The notes under the pieces are model-generated. The model saw only the letters and a program-made list of their open reading frames with translations. It had not been told where the DNA came from and searched no databases. A stretch of 64,000 nucleotides of DNA from Gammaproteobacteria bacterium (lineage in GTDB: Bacteria > Pseudomonadota > Gammaproteobacteria > Natronospirales > REEB76): positions 65 through 64,064 of the forward strand of contig DATBAJ010000071.1 of the NCBI GenBank assembly GCA_036271575.1, written 5' to 3'. Below are positions 54,209 to 62,401 of this stretch, in pieces; the stretch's first letter is position 1; every line of letters begins with the position of its first letter. The position numbers and the translations under genes were made by a program.

Positions 54209-56335
54209 ATGCCCTCCCGTCCGTTTCGTCTCCTGACTGCTTTCAGCTTGGCCCTGGCCGCTACCGCTGCGTCGGCAGCGGGTTTCACCCTTCCTCAGGT
54301 CCTGAGCTACCCCTATCCCTCGGAGTTGGCGGCCGCTCCCCGCGGCAGCGGACTGGCCTGGGTGCAGGACGAGGCAGGGGTGCGCAACGTCTGGATGGTG
54401 GAGGACTCGAGCGCCACACCCCGGCAGTTGACCCATTTCAGCGCTGACGATGGGCAAGAGATCACGCAACTGCATTTCTCGCCGGACGGCGCCTATCTCG
54501 TGTTCGTACGGGGCGGCGACCATGACGCCAACTGGCCGGAGGCCCTGGAACCGGATCCGGACTCCATGCCGGTGAAACCGGAAGTACAGATATTCAGCCT
54601 CAGCCTCAAGGACGGTACCCAGACACTATTGGGCGAGGGCGACCATCCGGACATCGCGCCGGACAGTTCCAAACTCGCGTTCATCCACATGCCGGACCGC
54701 ACGGTATGGTCAGTGCCGCTCAACGGCGGCAAGGCGGAGGCCTTGTTCTTCGATCGCGGCAAAGCCTCTGACCTCAGCTGGTCGCCGGACGGCAAGACGC
54801 TGGCTTTCGTCTCCGACCGGGATGACCACAGTTTCATCGGCATCTACCGGGATGCCAAGACACCCATCGGATATCTGGCGCCTTCGACCGGCCGTGACTT
54901 CATGCCGAAATGGTCGCTGGATGGCACGCGGGTGGCCTTCGTGCGTGTCCCGGGAGACGGCGGGGCCCCGCAACCGATCCTGAAACAGGTGCCGAATCCC
55001 TGGTCCATCTGGGTGGCGGACGCGAACACGGGGAAGGGCCAGCGCATCTGGCAGAGCCCCAAGACCCTGCGCGGCTCCTACCCGGACACGGAGGGCGAAG
55101 CCAACCTGCACTGGCTCGCCGGCGATCGGCTGCTGTTCATGGCGGACATGGACGATTGGCCGCATCTGTATTCGGTCTCGTCCCATGGCGGAGAGATCAG
55201 GCTGCTGACGCCTGGCAAGTTCATGGTGGAGGACGTGGCGGTGAGCGCCGACGGCAGCCACGTGATCTACAGCGCCAATGTGGGCGCCAGCCAGGGCGAC
55301 CAGGATCGCCGCCACCTCTACATGCTCACCAGCGACGGCAGCGTGCCGGAGAAGATACTGAGCGGCGGCGACGGCATCGAATGGACACCGAAGCTGGCGG
55401 GCGACGGCAAGACCCTGGGGTTCATCCAGGCGCATGTGCAGACTCCGCCCCTGGTGATGGCCGGTACCGTGGACAAGGCGGGTTGGCATGCCCTTGACCA
55501 GGACCGGATCCCTGCTGAATTCCCCAGCAAAGGTTTCATCACGCCCAAGTCCGTGACCTTCGTGGCGGCCGACGGACTGGTGGTACATGGCCAGTTGTTC
55601 GCCGCGGATGGCGATGCGCGCAAGCCCGCGATCATCTTCGTGCATGGTGGCCCGCCGCGGCAGATGCTGCTGGGCTGGCACTACATGGGGTATTACTCGA
55701 ACGCCTACGCGGTGAACCAGTATCTCGCCAGCCACGGTTTCGTGGTGCTGTCGGTCAACTACCGGCTTGGGATCGGCTACGGTTTCGATTATATGCACCC
55801 GGACCATTGGGGGCCTACCGGTGCAGCTGAATACAAGGACGTGGTGGCCGGTGCCAAGTTCCTGATGCGCGATCCGCGCGTGGACCCCAAGCGCATCGGT
55901 ATCTGGGGTGGTTCCTATGGCGGTTATCTGACCGCCATGGCGCTGGCGCGCAATTCGGACATCTTCAAGGCCGGCGTGGATTACCACGGTGTGCATGACT
56001 GGTCCTATGACCTCTCTGATCTGTATACCGGTGGCAAGACACGCTATGAGCAAGGCGATCGCAAGCAGGCTGAGAAGGTCGCTTACGAGTCCTCGCCCAT
56101 CGCTTCGGTGAAGACCTGGCGTTCGCCGGTGCTGTTGATCCAGGGCGACGACGATCGCAACGTGTATTTCCACGAGATGATCGACATGGTGAACCGTCTG
56201 CAGGACAAGGGCGTGCCTTACGAGGAGTTGGTGCTGCCCAACGAGATCCATGGTTTCCTGCGTCATGCCTCCTGGCTGCAGGCGGATCAAGCGACGGTGG
56301 AGTACCTGCAGCGCCAGTTCCACGTGTCGGACTGA
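54209..56335 (+). CDS. Secreted S9 family serine peptidase (beta-propeller + prolyl-oligopeptidase-type hydrolase domain)
   Basis: 708 aa from ATG 54209 (signal peptide MPSRPFRLLTAFSLALAATAASAAG). Repeated ..SPDG..LAF(V/I).. TolB-like blades. Catalytic GGSYGGYLT (GxSxG), ..IQGDDDRNV.. (Asp) and ..NEIHGF.. (His). Confidence 0.85.
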   Translation: MPSRPFRLLTAFSLALAATAASAAGFTLPQVLSYPYPSELAAAPRGSGLAWVQDEAGVRNVWMVEDSSATPRQLTHFSADDGQEITQLHFSPDGAYLVFVRGGDHDANWPEALEPDPDSMPVKPEVQIFSLSLKDGTQTLLGEGDHPDIAPDSSKLAFIHMPDRTVWSVPLNGGKAEALFFDRGKASDLSWSPDGKTLAFVSDRDDHSFIGIYRDAKTPIGYLAPSTGRDFMPKWSLDGTRVAFVRVPGDGGAPQPILKQVPNPWSIWVADANTGKGQRIWQSPKTLRGSYPDTEGEANLHWLAGDRLLFMADMDDWPHLYSVSSHGGEIRLLTPGKFMVEDVAVSADGSHVIYSANVGASQGDQDRRHLYMLTSDGSVPEKILSGGDGIEWTPKLAGDGKTLGFIQAHVQTPPLVMAGTVDKAGWHALDQDRIPAEFPSKGFITPKSVTFVAADGLVVHGQLFAADGDARKPAIIFVHGGPPRQMLLGWHYMGYYSNAYAVNQYLASHGFVVLSVNYRLGIGYGFDYMHPDHWGPTGAAEYKDVVAGAKFLMRDPRVDPKRIGIWGGSYGGYLTAMALARNSDIFKAGVDYHGVHDWSYDLSDLYTGGKTRYEQGDRKQAEKVAYESSPIASVKTWRSPVLLIQGDDDRNVYFHEMIDMVNRLQDKGVPYEELVLPNEIHGFLRHASWLQADQATVEYLQRQFHVSD

Positions 56336-56345
56336 CACGGCGGCG

Positions 56346-57614
56346 ATGGCACGCACGGCAGTGGTGGTCGGCGGCGGGCTGCTGGGAGTCACCAGCGCCT
56401 GGTATCTCGCCGAGCGTGATTTCCGGGTGATGGTATTGGAGCGGCGCGAAGCCACCGCACTCGATACCAGTTTCGCCAACGGCGGGCTCATCACGCCGAG
56501 TCAGTCGGATCCCTGGAACGGTCCCGGCACCGCGCTGAACCTCATCAAGTGGTTGGGGCGCGACGACTCGCCGTTGTTGCTGAGACCGGGTGCCTTGCCG
56601 GGTATGTGGCGTTGGGGACTCAAGTTCCTGGCCAGTTCGCGCATGAAACATTGGTGGCCCGCCACCGAGGCCAACCTGCGTCTGGGCCTCTACAGTGCCG
56701 CATGCCTGCGCGAGCTCCGCGGACAGCTGCAGCTGGACTACGATCACCTGGACCGCGGCACCTTGAAGCTATTCCGCGACGAGGAGGCGCTGGAGCATTC
56801 CGACGTCCTGGCCCGTTCCCTCGCGCCCCTCGGACTGAAACATCGTGTCTTGGACCCCGGGCAGGCCATCGAAGTCGAGCCCTTGCTCGCGCCCTTGCGC
56901 GACGAACTGGCGGGTGCCATCCATTACCCGGACGACGAGAGCGGTGACGCGCATCGGTTCACCCGGCTCATGGAGGATAAGGCGCGCGAGGCGGGCGTCA
57001 CGTTCCGCTTCGGTGCCGAGGTGAGCGGATTCAGGTGGCGTTCGGATCGGATAGAGGCATTGAAGTGCGGAGCGGAGGAACTGCAGGCTGACGTCTGCGT
57101 GCTGGCGACGGCGAGCCATACGCCGGCTTTGGCGGCGACCCTGGGGCTGGCACTGCCCATCTACCCGGTGAAGGGTTACTCCTTGACGCTATCCGTGCCA
57201 GACCTGAAACCCGCGCTGTCGGTACCGCTGGTGGATTTCGAGCAGAAGATCGTGATCACGCCCTTGGGCAAGCGGCTGCGGGTGGCGGGCACCGCCGAGT
57301 TCGCCGGCTTCGACAACCGTGAGAATCCACGCCGCAGTGCCGGAATCCTCAAGCACACGCTGCGCCTGTTGCCGCAATTGGCGGGGCGGGTGGAGCCGGC
57401 AGATGTGCTGCATTGGAATGGCCTGAGGCCCATGACGGCCGACGGTCCACCGATCCTCGGCGCCACGCGCTATTCCAACCTGTTCCTGAACACCGGTCAC
57501 GGTCCTCTGGGTTTCACGCACGCCGCCGGCTCCAGCCGTGCGGTCGCCGATCTCGTGGCGGGACGCGAACCGGAGATCCCGCTCGCCGGCTATTCGATCG
57601 CGCGTTTCAGATAG
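56346..57614 (+). CDS. FAD-dependent D-amino acid dehydrogenase-like oxidoreductase
   Basis: 422 aa from ATG 56346: MARTAVVVGGGLLGVTSAWYLAERDFRVMVLERREATALDTSFANGGLITP.. aligns well by eye with the DadA N-terminus. The C-terminal ..NTGHGPLGFTHAAGS.. is also DadA-like. Confidence 0.75.
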   Translation: MARTAVVVGGGLLGVTSAWYLAERDFRVMVLERREATALDTSFANGGLITPSQSDPWNGPGTALNLIKWLGRDDSPLLLRPGALPGMWRWGLKFLASSRMKHWWPATEANLRLGLYSAACLRELRGQLQLDYDHLDRGTLKLFRDEEALEHSDVLARSLAPLGLKHRVLDPGQAIEVEPLLAPLRDELAGAIHYPDDESGDAHRFTRLMEDKAREAGVTFRFGAEVSGFRWRSDRIEALKCGAEELQADVCVLATASHTPALAATLGLALPIYPVKGYSLTLSVPDLKPALSVPLVDFEQKIVITPLGKRLRVAGTAEFAGFDNRENPRRSAGILKHTLRLLPQLAGRVEPADVLHWNGLRPMTADGPPILGATRYSNLFLNTGHGPLGFTHAAGSSRAVADLVAGREPEIPLAGYSIARFR

Positions 57615-59132
57615 TCACCGGCCGGCACGCAGGTAGGTCGCGAAGCCGGGCAGCGTGATGCTCACCGGACGCCCGCGTGTGTCGGTACCGAAGGTGGCGT
57701 ACTCCTTGCCGAGATAAGCGTAGTCCCACCGCACCTGGAAGGTGTCGTAGTCCCAGTGCTTGAGTTCGCCATTGAATCGCTTGCTCGCATGCAGCGTCAG
57801 CCTGCCGTGATCCAGGCTTATCTCGATATTTCCATACAGCTCGTTGCTGTAGGTGCCGGCGTAATCGGCGAGCGGCCGGGGCGCGGCACCGGGCTGGTAG
57901 GCCTTCTCCTGATCGTCTTCGGCCGCCTTGTCCACAGCCTCGCCGGCGGTGACTGTGGTCAGGATCGCCGTGCTCCAGTCCTTCTGCGGGCGCCCGGCAT
58001 AGGCGTCGATGACGCGCCAGACCAGCGCCATGGGCAACCAACTCTGGTCCATGTTGCTCAAGACCACGACACCCAGGTGTTGCGACGGGACCAGCCCCAA
58101 GCCTGCGCTCATACCGTCGATATGACCGGAATGCCACACCACCTTGGTGCCGGCGTAGTCCTGCAGGAAGAAACCGAGGCCATAGGCGTAAAAGTGGCTG
58201 TCGGGATTCAGCGACGCCAGGAACTTCGCTTCACCTTCCTTGCCGCCGATGAGCATCTGCGGCGTCTCCATCTCCTGGATGGTCTCGGGTTTCAGGATCT
58301 GCTTGCCCTCATACATGCCGTCCGCCAGCAGCATGCGCATCCACTGCGACATCTCGTGCACGTTGGAGTTGATGGCGCCGGCGGGATCGATGCTCGCGGC
58401 GTTGTACCAGGCTATCGGCTGAAGCCTGCCGCCGATCTCGGCGTGCGGTGAGGCGGCATCGGCGGCTTTTCCCAAGGCGCTGACACTGGTGCCGGTGGTA
58501 TCCATGTGCAGCGGCAGGAAGAAACGGCTGCGCACGTAATCATGCCAGGCGCTGCCAGTCAGCGCCGGCACGATCTCGCCGGCGGTCATGTACAGGCTGT
58601 TGCTGTAACAGAACTGGGAACGGAAACTGTAGGCGGGCTTCTGGTAGCGCAGCCGGGAGATGATGTCCTGGGTGCCGAAGTCCGTGCCGTACCAGACTCC
58701 ATCCTCACCGCAGGTGCCGCTGCGATGGCTGAGCAGATCCCGTAGCGTGACCTCACGAGTCACGTAGGGGTCATACATCTGGAAACCGGGCAACAGGGTG
58801 GTCACCCGGTCATCCCAGTTCAGCTTGCCGCTCTCTACCAGGGTGCCCAGGGCTGCGACCGTGAAGGCCTTGGTATTGGAGCCGATGGCGAACAGCGTGT
58901 CTGCATCCACCGCCTGCGGTTCATCCAGGTTGCGCCGGCCAAAGCCGCGGATCCAGACGACCTTGTCATCTTTGACCACGGCGATGGCCAAGCCAGGTAC
59001 CTTCCAATCGGCCATGCTCTTCTCGATATAGGCGTCCAGCCCCTGCAATTCGGCCGGCGTCGCTTCGGCGGCAAAGACCGCTGGGGCAAGGCACAGGCAG
59101 GCGAGGGCGGTCAAAAAGCGCAGACTCGGCAT
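57615..59132 (-). CDS. Secreted serine hydrolase of the beta-lactamase / class C-PBP family with an extra C-terminal domain
   Basis: 505 aa. Signal peptide MPSLRFLTALACLCLAPAVFA. SxxK motif GSNTK, YxN motif YSN, and HSG in place of KTG. The ~120-aa C-terminal lipocalin-like extension (..GTYSNELYGNIEISLDHGRLTL..) resembles DUF3471. Confidence 0.8.
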   Translation of the reverse strand: MPSLRFLTALACLCLAPAVFAAEATPAELQGLDAYIEKSMADWKVPGLAIAVVKDDKVVWIRGFGRRNLDEPQAVDADTLFAIGSNTKAFTVAALGTLVESGKLNWDDRVTTLLPGFQMYDPYVTREVTLRDLLSHRSGTCGEDGVWYGTDFGTQDIISRLRYQKPAYSFRSQFCYSNSLYMTAGEIVPALTGSAWHDYVRSRFFLPLHMDTTGTSVSALGKAADAASPHAEIGGRLQPIAWYNAASIDPAGAINSNVHEMSQWMRMLLADGMYEGKQILKPETIQEMETPQMLIGGKEGEAKFLASLNPDSHFYAYGLGFFLQDYAGTKVVWHSGHIDGMSAGLGLVPSQHLGVVVLSNMDQSWLPMALVWRVIDAYAGRPQKDWSTAILTTVTAGEAVDKAAEDDQEKAYQPGAAPRPLADYAGTYSNELYGNIEISLDHGRLTLHASKRFNGELKHWDYDTFQVRWDYAYLGKEYATFGTDTRGRPVSITLPGFATYLRAGR

Positions 59133-59409
59133 GGCTGCTCACTTTGGATCGAGGGGGGAATTGCGAAGTGTACGAAACAATGTATGCGGAACAGCCGATG
59201 AAGCTACGCGGTTTTTCGGGTATAAACTAGTGCGCGAAAGCATCCGGCGGGGGCGCAGGCGATGCTCGATCAAGAGGGAGGCGCTGGCTGCAAAGCCCGG
59301 CGCGACGGGCGGCTTGGGTCCCCGGGTTTTGGTTTTCCATGGACGGTTTTGATGACCTGCAAGCCTCTGCAAGGTTTTGTCACGTCAGCCGTCCGTAGGG
59401 GAGCCAGGC

Positions 59410-60447
59410 ATGGCCAAGAGTGCGTTCCGTCCGGAAGACACCACCACCGATATCCGCAATGCGCTCCAGCAGGAGCGCAAGACCAAAGCTGAATTCACTT
59501 CCAATATCCGTGAGGGCGCCAAGCTCTATGGACGCGCGCGCGCCTGCCTGCAACGCCTGTTCGAGGATCTGCGGCACCACCGGCCCCTGGACCTGGAGAT
59601 CGCCCGCGACGTGGTGCAGGCGATGTTCGACAACCTGGCCAAGAATCCCAACGTGCTGTTGTGGATCACCAACCTGCAGTTCCCGCAGGAGAGCAACGCC
59701 TGCCACAATTTCAACATCTCGGTGTTGTCGATGATCTTCGGCCGCCACCGCGGCATGAGCCGCTCCGACATCATGGCACTCGGTCTCGGCGGCCTGCTGC
59801 ATGACCTTGGCAAGACCCACATCCCTCCCTTGATGCTCGACAAGCCGGCACGTCTCACTCCCGAGGAGTGGGCGATCGTACGCAAGCATGCGGTGGAGGG
59901 TTTCGAGGCGCTCAACAGCACCGGCCAGCTCACCAACAACGTATTGGAGATCGTGCGCTATCACCATGAGCGCGCCGATGGCAGCGGTTACCCGGAAGGG
60001 CTGTTTGGCGGAAGCTTGCCCGACCTGCCGCGCATGGTGGCCATCGCGGACGCCTACGACAGCATGGTGGGCGGCTACTATCGCCGGCCCATGACCCCCA
60101 CCGACGCGCTGCGGGTGCTCAAGAGCGATGCCGCCGAGGAATACGGCATGGACCTGGTGGAGGAGTTCATCCGCTGCATGGGCACCTACCCCGTGGGCAG
60201 CCTGGTGGAACTCAACTCCGGCTCGGTGGTGATGGTGGTGGGCTCCAATCCGGAGGCCCGCCTCAAGCCCCTCATCATGTTCCTGCGCAACGAGGAAGGC
60301 CGTTTCGAGCGTCCGCGCATGCTGAGCGATCTGTCGCGCCATTCCGACGCGGCCCTGGCCGAGCGCTGGGGCATCCGCCGGCTGGTGGATCCGGTGAGTT
60401 ACGGCATCGACATGTGGAACCTGATCCTGGAAGAGATCCAGTTCTAG
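59410..60447 (+). CDS. HD-GYP domain protein (putative c-di-GMP phosphodiesterase)
   Basis: 345 aa from ATG 59410. HDLGK, ..RKHAVEG.. and HHERADGSGYPEGL motifs. C-terminal ..YPVGSLVELNSGSVVMVVG.. module. It lacks the N-terminal DUF3391-like segment seen in the next gene. Confidence 0.85.
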   Translation: MAKSAFRPEDTTTDIRNALQQERKTKAEFTSNIREGAKLYGRARACLQRLFEDLRHHRPLDLEIARDVVQAMFDNLAKNPNVLLWITNLQFPQESNACHNFNISVLSMIFGRHRGMSRSDIMALGLGGLLHDLGKTHIPPLMLDKPARLTPEEWAIVRKHAVEGFEALNSTGQLTNNVLEIVRYHHERADGSGYPEGLFGGSLPDLPRMVAIADAYDSMVGGYYRRPMTPTDALRVLKSDAAEEYGMDLVEEFIRCMGTYPVGSLVELNSGSVVMVVGSNPEARLKPLIMFLRNEEGRFERPRMLSDLSRHSDAALAERWGIRRLVDPVSYGIDMWNLILEEIQF

Positions 60448-60477
60448 AGCCGGTTTCCGCGGCCTGCCGACCCAGCA

Positions 60478-60506
60478 TTGGGCTTGGCGTCATTATTAGG
60501 TAAAAT
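60478..60506 (+). promoter_or_regulatory. Candidate sigma70-type promoter for the second HD-GYP gene
   Basis: TTGGGC (60478-60483), 17-bp spacer, TAAAAT (60501-60506), about 90 nt upstream of ATG 60595. Confidence 0.35.
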
Positions 60507-60594
60507 CCCTCGCAGCAGAATCTATTACGGTCGCCATGACCGGACGGGCAGGGAGCCCGCGCCCGGCGGCAGCCAAGACCCAAGGTGTCCAACG

Positions 60595-61818
60595 ATGCGC
60601 CGCAAGGTAACCGTCTCCGAACTCGCCATCGGCATGTACGTCGCCGAGCTCGATAAGCCCTGGGAGAACAGTTCGTTCCTGTTCCAGGGCTTCGCCATCG
60701 AGAACGACGAGGACCTCGCCAAGCTGCGCGGCGAGTGCCAGTTCGTGTTCATCGAAGAAGCCCAGTCCACGCCCGCTTCACTGAAACCCACGGCGCGGCC
60801 CACGGCTGGTCCCAGCGTGAGCACCACCATCACCAGCCGCTCAGGGCCTGGGGATGCCACCCCCTTCAAGCGCGACATGAAGGAAGTGGTGCAGACCCAA
60901 CAGCTCGCGCGCAGCAACATCAGCCGCGTGCTGGACGAGGCGCGCCTGGGCAAGACTCTGGACACCAAGGAGACCAAGGGCGCGGTCACCCAGATGGTGA
61001 GCGCGGTCACCGCCAATCCCAATTCCATGCTGTGGCTCGCCAACCTGCGTCTCAAGCACGAACGCACCGCAAGCCACTGCCTCAACTCCGCGATCCTGTG
61101 TATCGCCTTCGGCAAGCACATCGGCTTGTCGGAGGTGGATCTAAACATGCTGGGGCAGGGCGCCATGCTGCACGACATCGGCAAGGTGCGCATCCCACCT
61201 GCGATCCTGGACAAAGCCGGCGCCCTGAGTGAGGCCGAAGTGCAGCAGGTGCGCAAACACCCGGTGGACGGCGAGGCGGTGTTGAAACTCACGCGCCAGT
61301 TGCCGGACAAGGTGCTGGAGATCGTGCGCCATCACCATGAGCGCTTCGACGGCAAGGGTTACCCGGATGGCCTGGCCGGCGAGCAGGTGCCGCTGGGTGC
61401 GCGCATCGTCGGCATGGTGGATACCTACGACAGCCTCACCGGGGAGACGCCGTACCACGCGGCGCTTACGCCCGCCGATGCGCTGGGCGTGCTGCGCAGC
61501 GAAGGCGCCGACCAGTTCGGCAAGGATCTGGTGCAGGAGTTCATCCGCTGCCTTGGCATCTATCCGATCGGCAGCCTGGTGCAATGCAACAACGGGGCCT
61601 TGGCGGTGGTGGTGTCCTCCACGCCGGCCTCACGCCTTAAGCCCGTGATCATGGTGGTACGCGACGAGCGAGGCAAGGAGACGCGTCCACGCATGCTGCT
61701 GAGCCTCGCCACCATGGATCCGAGCCTGATGACGCGCTGGGGACTCAAGGGCAACGTGGATCCCAAGGCCCACAACATCGACCTCTCGGCCATCATCGCG
61801 GAAGAGACCGGCACCTGA
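60595..61818 (+). CDS. HD-GYP domain protein with DUF3391-like N-terminal domain
   Basis: 407 aa from ATG 60595. The N-terminus VTVSELAIGMYVAELDKPWENSSFLFQGFAIEN.. is DUF3391-like. HDIGK, ..RKHPVDG.. and HHERFDGKGYPDGL motifs. C-terminal ..YPIGSLVQCNNGALAVVVS.. module. Confidence 0.85.
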   Translation: MRRKVTVSELAIGMYVAELDKPWENSSFLFQGFAIENDEDLAKLRGECQFVFIEEAQSTPASLKPTARPTAGPSVSTTITSRSGPGDATPFKRDMKEVVQTQQLARSNISRVLDEARLGKTLDTKETKGAVTQMVSAVTANPNSMLWLANLRLKHERTASHCLNSAILCIAFGKHIGLSEVDLNMLGQGAMLHDIGKVRIPPAILDKAGALSEAEVQQVRKHPVDGEAVLKLTRQLPDKVLEIVRHHHERFDGKGYPDGLAGEQVPLGARIVGMVDTYDSLTGETPYHAALTPADALGVLRSEGADQFGKDLVQEFIRCLGIYPIGSLVQCNNGALAVVVSSTPASRLKPVIMVVRDERGKETRPRMLLSLATMDPSLMTRWGLKGNVDPKAHNIDLSAIIAEETGT

Positions 61819-61833
61819 GCGGTACCTGAGTCA

Positions 61834-61852
61834 CCGGCCGGTTCCCGGCCGG
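61834..61852. terminator. GC-rich hairpin between convergent genes
   Basis: CCGGCCGG-ttc-CCGGCCGG (8-bp stem) lies between the HD-GYP stop (61818) and the MarR stop (61859). Outer GAGCG/CGCTC could extend the stem. No U-tract. Confidence 0.4.
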
Positions 61853-61858
61853 AAACGC

Positions 61859-62293
61859 TCAGAGTTCTCCTGCACGCCCCAGTAGTGTCTCCAGCGTACC
61901 GGTACAGCGCTTGAGATCGGCCGCGGGCACGGCTTGGAACAGCTGTTTGCGGAATGCGCGTGTTACACGACGTATCACCTGCACCATGCGCCGCGCCTTG
62001 GGCGTGAGGTGCACGGTCTTGCAGCGCTTGTCCCGCGTCGAGGGGCGGCGCTCCACCCAGCCGCTGCGGGCCATGCGGTCCAGCAGCTTCACCAGGGTGG
62101 GGTCTTCGATGCCGATGAGTTCCGCCAGTTCCCGCTGCACCAGCGGGCGATCCATCCGCGCCAGCAGCAGCAACACCCGCCACTGCACCTGACTTAACCC
62201 CAAGGGTCTCAGTCGCTGGTCCAGGCGCGCGCGCCAGACCCGTGACAGGTCGTTGATGAGCGGACCAAGCTTTTCGCGAGGATCGGTTTTCAT
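61859..62293 (-). CDS. MarR family transcriptional regulator
   Basis: 144 aa. ..LSQVQWRVLLLLARMDRPLVQRELAELIGIEDPTLVKLLDRMARSGWVERR.. is a winged-HTH of MarR type. It is divergent from an efflux outer-membrane-factor gene. Confidence 0.85.
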   Translation of the reverse strand: MKTDPREKLGPLINDLSRVWRARLDQRLRPLGLSQVQWRVLLLLARMDRPLVQRELAELIGIEDPTLVKLLDRMARSGWVERRPSTRDKRCKTVHLTPKARRMVQVIRRVTRAFRKQLFQAVPAADLKRCTGTLETLLGRAGEL

Positions 62294-62336
62294 AGTTATG
62301 GATTAGATAGTATGCTAATAAATGCGTGGCAGGGGG

Positions 62337-62368
62337 AACCTGCTGTCAGGTTCACTTGTCTCAAGTGA
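62337..62368. promoter_or_regulatory. Two abutting perfect inverted repeats: candidate MarR operator(s)
   Basis: AACCTG-ctgt-CAGGTT (62337-62352) and TCACTTG-tct-CAAGTGA (62352-62368) lie in the 108-bp divergent intergenic region. An AT-rich stretch, GATTAGATAGTATGCTAATAAAT (62300-62322), could supply -10 elements. Confidence 0.35.
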
Positions 62369-62401
62369 TGGACCAACCAACCCAACCAGCCGATAGCAAA
62401 T

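Noticed and set aside
54710-56494. 594-aa minus-strand ORF antisense to the S9 peptidase / DadA-like genes
   Set aside because: It spans two well-supported plus-strand genes, and its translation has no recognisable motif.
59250-59340. Possible GEMM-I (c-di-GMP-I) riboswitch in the 277-nt region upstream of the first HD-GYP gene. The sequence ..GCGCAGGCGAUGCUC..GCUGCAAAGCCCGGCG.. loosely resembles the CACAGGGCAAAC...ACGCAAAGCC core. A hairpin plus U-run follows at about 59295-59335.
   Set aside because: Only short partial matches. I could not find the P1b hairpin with a GNRA tetraloop or convincing P2 pairing by hand. It would need Infernal cmsearch with RF01051 and RF01786; a hit above the gathering threshold would reverse this rejection.
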